From the NCBI GenBank assembly GCA_043804695.1, contig JAZDIV010000141.1, positions 1 through 32,571 on the forward strand: DNA of 32,571 nucleotides, read 5' to 3'. This DNA comes from PVC group bacterium. GTDB taxonomy: Bacteria > Auribacterota > Erginobacteria > Erginobacterales > Erginobacteraceae. The notes beneath the pieces are model-generated. The model searched no databases and was not told the DNA's origin. It saw only the letters and a program-made list of their open reading frames with translations. Shown in pieces: positions 1 through 9,501 of the stretch (position 1 is its first letter; each line of letters starts with the position of its first letter). The translations under genes and the position numbers were made by a program.

Positions 1-182
1 GTGTCGAGATCAGTTGAACCGTACGCACCGGCGGGTATTAAAGCTTGTGAATATTCGCGAAAAAGAGTTCTGGAAAATTTGAATTAATCGGTGTAAAAAT
101 ACTCCAAAAACCGCCTTCCGGAAGTGCGGAATGTAAGTCTATGCCTATGGGAAGAGCATAGATATGCCTAAGTATATGGTAT

Positions 183-1769
183 CTAATTAATTGGGCAGTC
201 TCGACCCCGCAGTTGATTCAGATCGCTGCGGAGGAAGGCGGGGGGGCCGCCGAGGTCGATCGGACGGTAAAGTCCCGGATGCTTTTTGATGAATCGGACG
301 CAGACCTCCCGCCAACCGGGCGGATAGTTGATTTCGAGATGGCTCAGGCAGATATACGCGGGAGGGGACTTCTCCAGCTCGCGCTCGAATTATCCCGGCT
401 GGAAGCGGAGAAATAACTCCGAGCCGGGGGGAAGCAGTGTCTGAAAGCTCACCCCCGGGCCCATATCATAGGTGATATAGGTCTGGTCGCGCCGGAAGAT
501 GGGATGTCCTTCCCAGACCGCTACCACCTTCTCCTCCGGAGGAACCATGGCGAGGATGGCCTTCATCGTCCGCAAAGTAGAAAGGGCGGGTTCGATCCCT
601 TTGCCCATGCCCCGTGTGCTATCGACGAGGGGGTCGACCCGGTCGGCGTCGAACCGATCCAGCCGCGACCGGAGGAACCAGACCTGAGCGACCGCCGTCA
701 CAATGAGCGAGCAGACCAGGGCCAGGGATAGAAACGCTTTCCCGGCCTGGCTCGGGAGGGCTGCGGGAAGATAGGCCGGAAAGACGGCAAACGAGATGAG
801 GAACGGAGCGAGATACTGCTCGTGGTATCTTCTGAGGATCGCGAGTGAGAGCGCCGCTCCGATGAGGATCCCCGTTCCGGTCCAGGCGGCTGCCCGCGCG
901 GGCCGAAAACACCTCGCCGACCAGCCGGCGACACCTCCCAGGAGCGCCAGTCCCAGGACCCAGTGCCTGAGGAGGAAAGCGGATACGGTCTGGCTCAGGC
1001 GGATCGGGCAATTCTTTAGGTAGCCCATCCATTTCCCTATGAAGATGTGGGCCCAATACAGGTTCAGGGAAAGGCGGCATCCGAAAAAGCGATAGAACAC
1101 GGCCAGGGCGGCTACCGTAGCCGCGGCCGCAAGGAATGCCGGAATGGCGTTTCTCCACCCCCCGGGGGTCTTCAGGCAGGCGTAGGCCAAGAAGGCGGCT
1201 TGGGCCGGGGCCAGGGTCCCGGCGTACTTAGGGGTTGCCACGACGGAGATGACGGAAAGGACGGACGCGGCGGCAAGGCGGACGCGGTTCGGTTCATTCA
1301 TCATCAGGACCAGTGCGCCGACGGCGCAGAGAGCGGCGAGATGGTCGCTGCTGAACTCGGCGAAAAAATCGCTCAGCTTGGGGGTGATGACGATCAGGGC
1401 CAGAGGTGCCCATCCCCAGAGGGCCGTCCCCGCCACGCGGCGGGAGTGTCGGGCGAGGATGATTCCCCCTCCCACCAGCAGGGCCCCGGAGAAGACACGC
1501 AGGCTCAGAAGCATGACGGGGGTTTCGGGAAGAAGACGGTACAAAGGCTGAACGACAAGGTAGGTCAAAACCGGATAGGTGCACCAAAAATCATGGTGGG
1601 GGGAAAGCCCTTGGGAGATCAGCCAGGCGTAATGGGCGTGAACGCATTCGTCGAAAAAGGGGTGGTGAGTGACGACGGCCAGGGCCATGACAGCCAGGAC
1701 GAGGAGGAGAGCGAGGGCAGAGAGGGCGAAGATCGGCAGATCCAAACCATAGATCTCACGGGTCTTCAT
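183..1769 (-). pseudogene. Multi-pass membrane protein resembling GT-C (ArnT/PMT-like) glycosyltransferases, interrupted by an in-frame TAA at 390-392
   Basis: 459-aa ORF with many TM segments and an N-terminal FFDECVHAH...PHHDFW loop. The same frame continues for 68 more codons after the TAA (FERELEKSPPAYICL...) to a TAG at 183-185. Family assignment is by resemblance only, and the stop could be a sequencing error. Confidence 0.55.
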
Positions 1770-2143
1770 GTACTGATCGCTGTTGTTGCGTACAAGTTCC
1801 CTCGCCCGTTCCTCGGGCTCGGAGACAATCGCCGGAGGAGATCCCGGGGGATATGCCCGGCCATGATCCCCAACGAGACTTCACACAAAAACGGGGAGAG
1901 CCCGCTGCCAAAGTCGCCGGTGAAGAGAAGAGATCTGCCGGTAGCCGGGTTCGCCAGGCGGACTATCAGGGAGCCCGGCAGACGGGGGGTGTTGTAGAAC
2001 TCGGCCGTCAGGCGGGAGGAGACGCGGTAGCCGGTATATTCAAGGGTTGATTCAGTACCTTCCCCGCGCGCCCCCGCTCCGGACACGAGAATGCCCGCTG
2101 ATAAAATGCCGGCAAGAAGGGGTATGTACCTGAACCTGTTCAT
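1766..2143 (-). CDS. Hypothetical exported protein (125 aa)
   Basis: Signal-peptide-like N-terminus (MNRFRYIPLLAGILSAGILVSGAGA). Its TGA overlaps the ATG of the downstream gene (ATGA). Confidence 0.55.
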   Translation of the reverse strand: MNRFRYIPLLAGILSAGILVSGAGARGEGTESTLEYTGYRVSSRLTAEFYNTPRLPGSLIVRLANPATGRSLLFTGDFGSGLSPFLCEVSLGIMAGHIPRDLLRRLSPSPRNGRGNLYATTAIST

Positions 2144-2311
2144 CGGATCATCTTTCCCGGTCCGGTTCCGGATACGGCTATGATCTCACAAACGCCGTTC
2201 AACCATCTATTATTTTTCAGGGAAAAGAATATTATTGAAATCCCGGCGGCAACAGTCGCCGGCCGGATGGTCCAGCAAACAGGGGCGCTGAAAATAATCA
2301 TGGGGGGTTTG

Positions 2312-2340
2312 TTGACAGCACCGGGCGTTTGAGATAATAT
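2312..2340 (+). promoter_or_regulatory. Candidate sigma70 promoter upstream of tRNA-Val
   Basis: TTGACA (2312-2317), 17-bp spacer, TAATAT (2335-2340). Confidence 0.5.
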
Positions 2341-2426
2341 CTGACGTCTCATTATAGAATATGTGAATAGGATATTAACTTTATCCATCAAACTTACAAT
2401 AAAATTTTTCTGAAGGAAAAATTTTA

Positions 2427-2498
2427 GGGCGATTAGCTCAGTGGGAGAGCACCTGGATCACAACCAGGGGGTCACTGGTTCGAACCCAGTATCGCCCA
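2427..2498 (+). tRNA. tRNA-Val (anticodon CAC), CCA not encoded
   Basis: Cloverleaf: acceptor GGGCGAT/ATCGCCC, D-stem GCTC/GAGC, anticodon stem CCTGG/CCAGG with loop AT-CAC-AA, T-arm ACTGG-TTCGAAC-CCAGT, discriminator A. Confidence 0.95.
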
Positions 2499-2526
2499 TC
2501 TTCCTTGAACAGGTGAGATCAAGAGG

Positions 2527-3230
2527 ATGAGGGAAAGATACAACAGCTCCTCCGGCTCCAGGGCCTGGATATCGAGATCAGGGAACTGCTGGCAAGACAG
2601 ACGGCCATCAGGAATGAGATGAACGCGCTGTCGGAAGAAGTGAAGAACGACGAACGGGTCATCAAAGAGGAGAAGGAGCGTTTCCAGTCCGGCCGGGTCC
2701 GGAGCAAGGAGCTGGAGCTGCAGATCGAGGACAAAAAGAACCATATCGCCAGGTACCAGGAACAGATCTTCAAGGTGAAGACCAACAAGGAATACACCGC
2801 GCTTCTGCACGAGATAGAAAAAATCAAGGCCGACATCAGCGCGCTCGAGGACCGGATGCTGGAGTTGATGGAGGAAGTCGAGGACGAACAGGCGAAGCTG
2901 GGAGAAGCCCAGTCCGGCCTCGATCTCGCCCGGAAACGGTTTGGGGAGAGAGAGCGGACGGCCCGGGAGGATCTGCAGGCGATCGACCGGGAGCTGGAGA
3001 AACGGCGGGGGGAGCGGGAGGACCGGACGGCAGGAATCGACCCGGACCTCTACGAGAGGTATGAGATTATTTTTACCCGCAAGCCGGATCGGGCGCTGGT
3101 CGTAGTCCGCGACAATGCCTGCGGAGGATGCAACATGGAGCTGACCGCCCAGATGCTGAACGACCTGGCGCGGGCGGAGGGAATCTGCCAGTGCGAAAAC
3201 TGCGGCCGCTTCATCTACCTGGACGAATAG
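2527..3230 (+). CDS. Coiled-coil protein with C-terminal C4 zinc ribbon (HP0958/CT398-like); 5' end appears frameshifted
   Basis: CGGC...CENCGRFIY zinc ribbon and KTNKEYTALLHEIE motif. The family-like N-terminus KIQQLLRLQGLDIEI lies in frame upstream of the called ATG 2619, while the ATG at 2527 is out of frame. Confidence 0.85.
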
Positions 3231-3247
3231 AATATATGTATCATCAA

Positions 3248-3272
3248 GTAGGGGCGATCATTGTGATCGCCC
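3248..3272 (+). repeat. GTAG-type REP-like palindrome
   Basis: GTAG followed by GGGCGATCA-TTG-TGATCGCCC, the GTAG-plus-GC-hairpin layout of REP sequences. Confidence 0.6.
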
Positions 3273-3400
3273 GCATTCCGCAGATGGATTACTGTTTCGG
3301 AATTTTTAGTCTGAGGCGTATCTTACTCTCGTGGACAATAAATCAAGATCGACGCGCGGTATGACCGATGGCGTGAGCGCGGGATTAAAGCAGTATATGC

Positions 3401-3529
3401 GTATCAGAGAATCAGGGGACCAGTGGGAAGGGTATCAGAATATCAGGGGATCAGGTTAGGGAACCGGCCTCGCCGGATAACCTGATGTCCTGATATTCTA
3501 CCCACTGATATGCTGATAATCTGATATCC
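3401..3529. repeat. Inverted pair of degenerate 8-bp tandem arrays (ATCAG core)
   Basis: Left arm gtatcagagaatcag...gaatatcaggggatcaggtta; right arm taacctgatgtcctgatattc...ctgatatcc. Confidence 0.8.
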
Positions 3530-3613
3530 ACTATGGGGATAATCATCTTATCCATTCAATCCCCGGACATTGTCCAAAAAATATTTAGCGCCGCAATCGC
3601 TGATGTATAGGCT

Positions 3614-4009
3614 GGCAGGGGACGGGTTGATGGTCGCCTCCCCGCGGCTTGCCGCGGGGGGGAGGAAAGTCCGAACTCCAGAGGGCAGGGCGCCCCGATA
3701 ACATCGGGGGACCGGGGGGAGCGATCCCTCCGGGACGGAAAGTGCCACAGAAAACAGACCGCCGATGGCCCCGGTGAATAGGGGCACAGGCAACGGTGAA
3801 AAGGTGCGGTAAGAGCGCACCGGGCCGAGAGTAATCGAGGCCGCATGACAAACCCCGCCCGGAGCAAGGCCGAATAGGGGCCGAGGTGTCGCCCGCACCG
3901 ATCGAGGCCCGGGTAGGCCGCATTGAGCCCGAGGGCAACCGAGGGCCCAGACAGATGACCATCGCCCCGGAACCGGGGTACAGAATTCGGCTTATTCCCG
4001 TCCCCTGCC
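3614..4009 (+). ncRNA. rnpB: RNase P RNA, class A
   Basis: Conserved GGAGGAAAGTCC, GGAAAGTGCCACAGAAA, AACGGTGAAA..GTGCGGTAAGAGCGCAC, GGAGCAAGGCC and ACAGAA..CGGCTTA motifs. P1 helix GGCAGGGGACGGG/CCCGTCCCCTGCC followed by a T-run. Confidence 0.97.
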
Positions 4010-4265
4010 GGCCGTTTTTTTCCTTCGTCCCGGTCTAGGGGCCATCCCCGGATTTTTCTCCTTTTTCCCGTTTCCCCCCCTTTTTTTTTCGGCTTCTCAT
4101 TCTGCCGCTCCCGCCCGGATGCCGCATCCTCTGCCGAAAACCTCGTAGATTTAGGCCATAACTATCACCGGCGCTTATAGTTGAGCGCACGTTCCCTCCG
4201 CCGGCCGCGATCGGCCGGCCTCTTTTGACGCGTGAGTTGCAGATAAAATAATTGTGATTTTTCTG

Positions 4266-4338
4266 TTGACAGAATTTTTACGGTGGTAGTATATTGTACC
4301 GAAGTGGTGAATAGTGGGTAGAAGTGGTGAATAGGGAG
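4266..4338 (+). promoter_or_regulatory. dcw promoter with MraZ-binding direct repeats
   Basis: TTGACA (4266), 18-bp spacer, TATATT (4290). GTGG boxes at 10-bp spacing (4304, 4314, 4324, degenerate 4334) match the known MraZ operator architecture. Confidence 0.8.
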
Positions 4339-4344
4339 AATCTC

Positions 4345-4767
4345 ATGTTCCTGGGAGAATACAGGCATTCGGTAGACAGCAAGGGGCGCCTCTTCATACC
4401 GGCCCGGTTCCGCAGCCGGGAGAACCAGCGCTTCTTTGTCAACCTGGGTCTTGACGGATGCCTCTCCGTCTTCACCGAGGAAGGATGGAACGCCCAGCAG
4501 GACCGGATCAATGAGATGGACATGATGAAGAAGGCCGCCCGGGATTTTAAACGGATCTATTTTTCCAAGGCGGCGGAGACGGTCTGTGACAAGCAGGGGA
4601 GGATAAACCTTCCGGATCCTCTTTTGAAGGAAGCGCATCTCGACCGGGAAGTGGTCGTGGCCGGCGTTTCGGATCATTTTGAAATCTGGGATACGGCACG
4701 CTGGGAAGAGTACCAGCGTGAGTCAAGCAAACGCTATGAAGAGATAGCTGAAAACCTGGCGCAATGA
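4345..4767 (+). CDS. mraZ: Transcriptional regulator MraZ
   Basis: MFLGEYRHSVDSKGR and DKQGRI motifs. ATG 4345 with a GGGAG RBS is preferred over GTG 4324. Confidence 0.96.
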   Translation: MFLGEYRHSVDSKGRLFIPARFRSRENQRFFVNLGLDGCLSVFTEEGWNAQQDRINEMDMMKKAARDFKRIYFSKAAETVCDKQGRINLPDPLLKEAHLDREVVVAGVSDHFEIWDTARWEEYQRESSKRYEEIAENLAQ

Positions 4768-4778
4768 GGGGACAGCCT

Positions 4779-4901
4779 ATGAAGAGCAGCTCGAGAACGC
4801 TGATCGATCTGTTGAGCATGAACAAGAGCCTGAAGCCCGCCCGGAAGCTCAGTGTCCGGTTGAGGATTCCGAAGAAGAAACGGCGTGGGTTCGGACGGTA
4901 A
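4779..4901 (+). CDS. Putative 40-aa basic small protein
   Basis: GAGGGG RBS 7 nt before the ATG. Translation MKSSSRTLIDLLSMNKSLKPARKLSVRLRIPKKKRRGFGR fills the mraZ-rsmH gap. Confidence 0.4.
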   Translation: MKSSSRTLIDLLSMNKSLKPARKLSVRLRIPKKKRRGFGR

Positions 4902-5787
4902 CAGCCGTTTTCCCCGCCACGTTCCGGTGCTGGCGGAAGAGGTGGGCTTTTTCCTCGATTGCCGGCCGGGGCAGGTTATTCTCGACTGTACGCTGGGGGA
5001 GGGGGGGCACGCCCGGCGCCTGGTCTCCCGGATTTCTCCGGGGGGACTTCTGGTGGGGCTGGAACGGGACGGGGAGATGATACCGGCCGCCCGCCGCGCT
5101 CTGAATGAATTTTCAGATCTGATCAGGATCGAGCAGGCGAATTTCGCCGATCTGGCCGACGTTCTCGAGCGGGCGGGGATCGAGCGCCTGGACGGGGTTC
5201 TCTTTGACCTGGGGGTCAACTCGGCTCAGCTCGATACCCCCGGCCGCGGTTTCAGTTTCCGGCTGGACGGCCCCCTGGACATGAGGATGGACAGCCGAAC
5301 GGGAAGAACCGCGGCGGATCTGATCAACAAACTGAGCCGGAAAGAACTGGAATGGATTATCAGGGAATACGGGGAGGAACGGTGGGCCGGCCGGATCAGC
5401 CGGCGCATTGTGGAAGAGCGAAAAGCCCGACCGATACTGAGAACCGGTGATCTGGCGGAAATTGTCTCCCGGGCGGTGCCGGGGCGGGGGAGAACGCACC
5501 CGGCGACCCGGACATTCCAGGCTCTGCGGATATACCTCAACAGCGAACTGGAAGCATTGCAGAAAGCATTGCCCCGGGCTGTCTCATTACTCCGTTCCGG
5601 TGGCCGGATCTGCGTGATCTCTTTTCATTCATTGGAAGACCGGATCGTTAAATATGAGTACAGGCGATGGGTTCAGGAGGGCGCCCTGCGGCTTTTAAAT
5701 AAAAAACCGGTTCGGGCAGGCAACGAGGAGGTCCAGTGTAATCCCCGGGCCCGCAGCGCCAAGCTGCGGGCGGCGGAAAAGCTGTGA
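4885..5787 (+). CDS. rsmH: 16S rRNA m4C1402 methyltransferase
   Basis: HVPVL, DCTLGEGGH, DLGVNS.QLD...RGFSF, HPATRTFQALRI, FHSLEDR and NPRARSAKLR motifs. Confidence 0.97.
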   Translation: MGSDGNSRFPRHVPVLAEEVGFFLDCRPGQVILDCTLGEGGHARRLVSRISPGGLLVGLERDGEMIPAARRALNEFSDLIRIEQANFADLADVLERAGIERLDGVLFDLGVNSAQLDTPGRGFSFRLDGPLDMRMDSRTGRTAADLINKLSRKELEWIIREYGEERWAGRISRRIVEERKARPILRTGDLAEIVSRAVPGRGRTHPATRTFQALRIYLNSELEALQKALPRAVSLLRSGGRICVISFHSLEDRIVKYEYRRWVQEGALRLLNKKPVRAGNEEVQCNPRARSAKLRAAEKL

Positions 5788-5845
5788 AGACGAGCCCGTC
5801 CGAGCGGAAAACCGCCTCCGGGAGCAGGAGGGAAGGAGATTGGTC

Positions 5846-6235
5846 ATGAACAGGCTGCATCACCGTGATCAGGGGATCTCCGGGGTTGGTTTCTCGTGGA
5901 TCCAGGGCGGCTGGTTGATCCTCGCCGCCGGTTTTCTGCTGGGGATGGCCTATCTCTGGATCTACTCCCAGGTAGTGCAGACCAGCAATATCGTGGAGCG
6001 CTTCGAGAGCAAGTTCGATTATCTCAGCGGCCGGAGCGTCAGTCTCCAGAGCGAGCTGGAAAAGCTGCAGTCTCCCGCCGCCATCATCCGGAACCTCGAG
6101 CAGAGACAGATCGCCCTGGTTGACCCGTATCCGCACCAGATCGTCCGGGTGCGGCAGGAAGAGCGCCCGCCGGTGAAAGCGACCGTCCGTCCCCGGCCGC
6201 CCCGGGATCTCGTGATCCTGAGCATAGCCCGTTGA
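5846..6235 (+). CDS. ftsL: Cell division protein FtsL-like
   Basis: Single TM helix followed by a coiled coil, located between rsmH and ftsI; AAGGAG RBS before ATG 5846. The call is positional. Confidence 0.7.
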   Translation: MNRLHHRDQGISGVGFSWIQGGWLILAAGFLLGMAYLWIYSQVVQTSNIVERFESKFDYLSGRSVSLQSELEKLQSPAAIIRNLEQRQIALVDPYPHQIVRVRQEERPPVKATVRPRPPRDLVILSIAR

Positions 6236-6262
6236 GAGATGCCGGGCTTTTGCGGAAAATAG

Positions 6263-7966
6263 ATGCATGGCAGCGTATATAACAAAAGGTCACGGTTCAT
6301 CTTCAGTCTGTTTTTAGGATTCTCCGCCCTCCTCTTTTCCCGGCTTTTTCTTCTCCAGTGCCTCCAGCATTCGCGGTATAGCCTCCAGGCCCGCCAGCAG
6401 CATCAGAGCACCAGCTTTCTGGCCGCCCGTCGCGGCGGTATCTTTGATTGCCGGGGCAACATGCTGGCCGCCAGCATCCCCTGCTTCTCGCTGTACTGTG
6501 TTCCCCGCCAGATCACGCCCACCCGGGCCGCTGAAATCGCCGCGGTCCTGGCGCCCATCATCGATGGCGATGAAGATCAGCTCCGCGAGCGCCTGTCGAG
6601 GGACGGCTGGTTCTCCTGGCTGAAGCGGCATCTGAGCAACGACACCGCCCGCCGGATCCAGGACCTGAACCTGCCCGGCCTCGGTCTGAAACAGGAGATG
6701 AAGCGGGTGTATCCGAAAGGGGCCCTGCTCAGCCAGGTGCTCGGTTTCACCGACATCGACGGGAACGGGTTGGAGGGGCTGGAGTGGAAGTTTGACCGGC
6801 AGCTCCGGGGGCATCCCGGCTGGCTGGTCACCGAAAAGGACAGCCGCCAGAAGGAGGCGGCCTGGTTCCGTTCCGATGCGATCGATCCTCTGGACGGCTG
6901 CCGGATCTACCTGACCATCGACGAAGTCATCCAGGCCATCGCGGAGGAGGAGCTGGACAAGGTCTTCCGCGAATACGAGGCGAGGTGGGCGTCGCTGATC
7001 GTGATGGAGCCCGCCACCGGCCGGATCCTGGCCATTGCCAACCGCCCGACCTATGACCCGAACCGGTACGATCAGTCCGATCCCGAGGAGCGCCGCAACC
7101 GGGCGATCTCCGACCAGATCGAACCCGGCTCCACTTTCAAGGTCTTTCCCGCCGCCGCCGCGCTGGAAGCGGGACTGGTCTCTTCCGACACCGAGTTTTA
7201 CTGTGAGGACGGCGCCTACACCATCGGGGGGAGATCCCTCCGGGACAGCCATCCCCACGGCATTCTCCGTTTCGATGAGATCCTGCAGAAATCAAGCAAC
7301 ATCGGGATGGCCAAGGTCGGGATGATCCTGGGCCGCGAAGACCTGTATCAGGCCCTGGACAGGTTCGGGATCGGGAGGGAAACCGGCATCGAGCTGCCGG
7401 GGGAAGAGCCCGGCTGCCTCCGGGAACCGCGCTACTGGAGCAACCTGTCTCTCCGGAGCATCACCATGGGTCATGAAGTATCCCTCACGCCCCTCGGTCT
7501 GCTGACCGCCTTTGCCGCCCTCGGAAACGGCGGGGTGCTGCTCCAGCCCCGGATCGTCGATCGCCTGGAGTCCCCCTCGGGGGAGGTCATCTACCGGTAC
7601 TCCAGAAAAGAGAAGGGGAGGGTGGTCTCGAAAGACACCGCCCGGAAGATGCTGGGGATACTCCAGAAGGTGGTGGTGGAAGGGGGGACCGGCCGCCGTG
7701 CCTGCATACCCGGTTTCCAGGTCGCCGGCAAGACCGGCACCGCCCAGAAGCTGGACCCCGCAGGGGGGTACTCCCATTCACTCTACCGGGCCCTTTTCAT
7801 GGGTCTTTTGCCGGCCGAACAGCCCCGGTTGGCCATCCTGGTGGTGGTTGACGAGCCCCGTCCCTACTATTACGGGGGGACGGTCTCGGCCCCCGTTTTT
7901 AAGGAGGCGGCCGAGCGGATAATCCGGTACCTCGATCTGGAGCCGGCGGAAACGGATCAGACATGA
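6263..7966 (+). CDS. ftsI: Class B penicillin-binding protein (PBP3)
   Basis: RG.IFD..G, R.YP.G, EPGSTFK (SxxK), SSN (SxN) and KTGT motifs. Confidence 0.95.
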   Translation: MHGSVYNKRSRFIFSLFLGFSALLFSRLFLLQCLQHSRYSLQARQQHQSTSFLAARRGGIFDCRGNMLAASIPCFSLYCVPRQITPTRAAEIAAVLAPIIDGDEDQLRERLSRDGWFSWLKRHLSNDTARRIQDLNLPGLGLKQEMKRVYPKGALLSQVLGFTDIDGNGLEGLEWKFDRQLRGHPGWLVTEKDSRQKEAAWFRSDAIDPLDGCRIYLTIDEVIQAIAEEELDKVFREYEARWASLIVMEPATGRILAIANRPTYDPNRYDQSDPEERRNRAISDQIEPGSTFKVFPAAAALEAGLVSSDTEFYCEDGAYTIGGRSLRDSHPHGILRFDEILQKSSNIGMAKVGMILGREDLYQALDRFGIGRETGIELPGEEPGCLREPRYWSNLSLRSITMGHEVSLTPLGLLTAFAALGNGGVLLQPRIVDRLESPSGEVIYRYSRKEKGRVVSKDTARKMLGILQKVVVEGGTGRRACIPGFQVAGKTGTAQKLDPAGGYSHSLYRALFMGLLPAEQPRLAILVVVDEPRPYYYGGTVSAPVFKEAAERIIRYLDLEPAETDQT

Positions 7967-9438
7967 AACTGGACCAGCTGATCGATGAACTTCGCCCGGT
8001 ATCGACCCGGGGGAAAACCGGTGTCGAGGTGAAGGGCGTTTCGGCCGACTCCCGGCTGATCAAGCCCGGCGACCTTTTTGTCGCCGTCGCGGGGAAATAC
8101 CGCACCGGCGTCGATTTTATTTCCGAGGCGAAGGACCGCGGCGCGGTGGGGGTCGTCCTGACCGAGTTTTACACCGCCCTGAACAGCGGCCTGGCCCAGA
8201 TCAGGGTGACGGATCCGCGCCGGGCCCTGGCCCTCCTCGCCAACAGCATTTATCATCATCCGGCCGAGGGGATGAAAATGATCGGGATAACCGGCACCAA
8301 CGGGAAGACGACCGTGGCCATCCTGGCCCGGCACGTTTTTAATGACGCCGGCATCCCGACCGGGCTGCTGGGGACGATCTATTACGGCATCGGAGAACGG
8401 CAGCTGCCGTCCGACCTCACCACGCCGGCGCCGCCCCGCCTGCAGGAACTTCTGGCGGAAATGAAAAAAGCGGGGACGGCCCGCGTCATCATGGAGGTAT
8501 CGTCGCACGCCATCATTCAGCAACGCCTGGCGGGGATCGAGTTCGCAACCGTCGTCTTCACCAATCTGTCCCCCGAGCACCTGGATTATCACCGGACGAT
8601 GGAGGAGTATCGCGCCGCCAAGGTCGGTTTCCTGGCCGGCCTTTCCCGGGGGAAGGCGCCGGCCGACGGCAAAACCGCGATCATCAACAGCGACGACCCG
8701 TTGCGCGAGCGGATTTATAAAAAATTGCGGACCCCGGTCATCACCTACGGACTTACTTTCGGAGCGCAAATCCGCGCCTCCGGTGTCGTTTCGGAACGAA
8801 CCGGGGCTTCCTTCACGGTCTACTGGGGGGGGAAAGCGTATCCGGCCCGGATCGCCATGCCGGGTAAGCACAATGTCTATAACGCGCTGGCTGTCATCGC
8901 CCTCGGGCTGAGCGAGGGGATCGGGATGGAGATGATTCTCGATACTCTCCGGCGGAGCCCTGGGGTCCGGGGCCGGCTGGAGCCGGTCCGGACCGGGCGG
9001 GGTTTTGATCTCTTCATCGATTACGCCCATACCCCCGATGGTCTGGAGAATGTTCTCAAGACGCTGCGGAGCATCTGCCGGAAACGGGTGATCGTGGTCT
9101 TCGGCTGCGGCGGGGACCGGGACGAGAGCAAAAGACCGCTGATGGGCGCGGCGGCGGCGCGCTGGGCGGACGAGGTTATCGTTACCTCTGACAATCCCCG
9201 CTCTGAATCCCCCCAAGACATCATCACTGCGATCCAGCGCGGCCTCCCCCGCGGTTTTTCCCGGTCCCGGGCGGTTCCCGACCGGCGCCGCGCCATTGAA
9301 GAGGCCTGCCGGCTGGCCCGTCCGGGGGACACCGTGCTGATAGCCGGGAAAGGCCACGAGCAGCAGCAGATCTTCCGGGACCGGGTTATCCCGTTCGATG
9401 ACCGGGAGGTCGCCCTGGAGATCCTCGGAGGGATGTGA
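7963..9438 (+). CDS. murE: UDP-MurNAc-tripeptide synthetase, meso-DAP type
   Basis: GITGTNGKTT, MEVSSH, DYAHTPD, FGCGGDRD, DNPR (DAP-specific) and IAGKGHE motifs. Confidence 0.97.
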   Translation: MKLDQLIDELRPVSTRGKTGVEVKGVSADSRLIKPGDLFVAVAGKYRTGVDFISEAKDRGAVGVVLTEFYTALNSGLAQIRVTDPRRALALLANSIYHHPAEGMKMIGITGTNGKTTVAILARHVFNDAGIPTGLLGTIYYGIGERQLPSDLTTPAPPRLQELLAEMKKAGTARVIMEVSSHAIIQQRLAGIEFATVVFTNLSPEHLDYHRTMEEYRAAKVGFLAGLSRGKAPADGKTAIINSDDPLRERIYKKLRTPVITYGLTFGAQIRASGVVSERTGASFTVYWGGKAYPARIAMPGKHNVYNALAVIALGLSEGIGMEMILDTLRRSPGVRGRLEPVRTGRGFDLFIDYAHTPDGLENVLKTLRSICRKRVIVVFGCGGDRDESKRPLMGAAAARWADEVIVTSDNPRSESPQDIITAIQRGLPRGFSRSRAVPDRRRAIEEACRLARPGDTVLIAGKGHEQQQIFRDRVIPFDDREVALEILGGM

Positions 9439-9470
9439 GGAGAAGGGAGAGCGGAGTTTCGGAATTTTAT

Positions 9471-9499
9471 TAAATTAGCGAGCAAAGCGAGCTAATTTA
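9471..9499 (+). repeat. Start-codon-proximal hairpin, copy before murF
   Basis: TAAATTAGC-gagcaaagcga-GCTAATTTA, ending 2 nt before the ATG. Confidence 0.8.
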
Positions 9500-9501
9500 T
9501 A

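Noticed and set aside
390..392. Stop-codon reassignment
   Set aside because: TAA, TAG and TGA all terminate well-conserved genes in this window at the expected positions.
2140..2391. 83-aa minus-strand ORF with an ATGA overlap
   Set aside because: It is AT-rich, overlaps the putative tRNA promoter and has no motif. It cannot be supported, although the overlap means it is not fully excluded.
3548..3962. Three minus-strand ORFs
   Set aside because: They overlap the RNase P RNA gene in antisense.
4015..4100. Poly-C / poly-T tracts as a phase-variation switch
   Set aside because: They are intergenic, far from the mraZ -35/-10 spacer, and follow rnpB, so there is no evidence for a switch function.
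4301..4338. 10-bp periodic repeat as another junction array
   Set aside because: It is explained by the known MraZ operator (GTGG boxes at 10-bp spacing).
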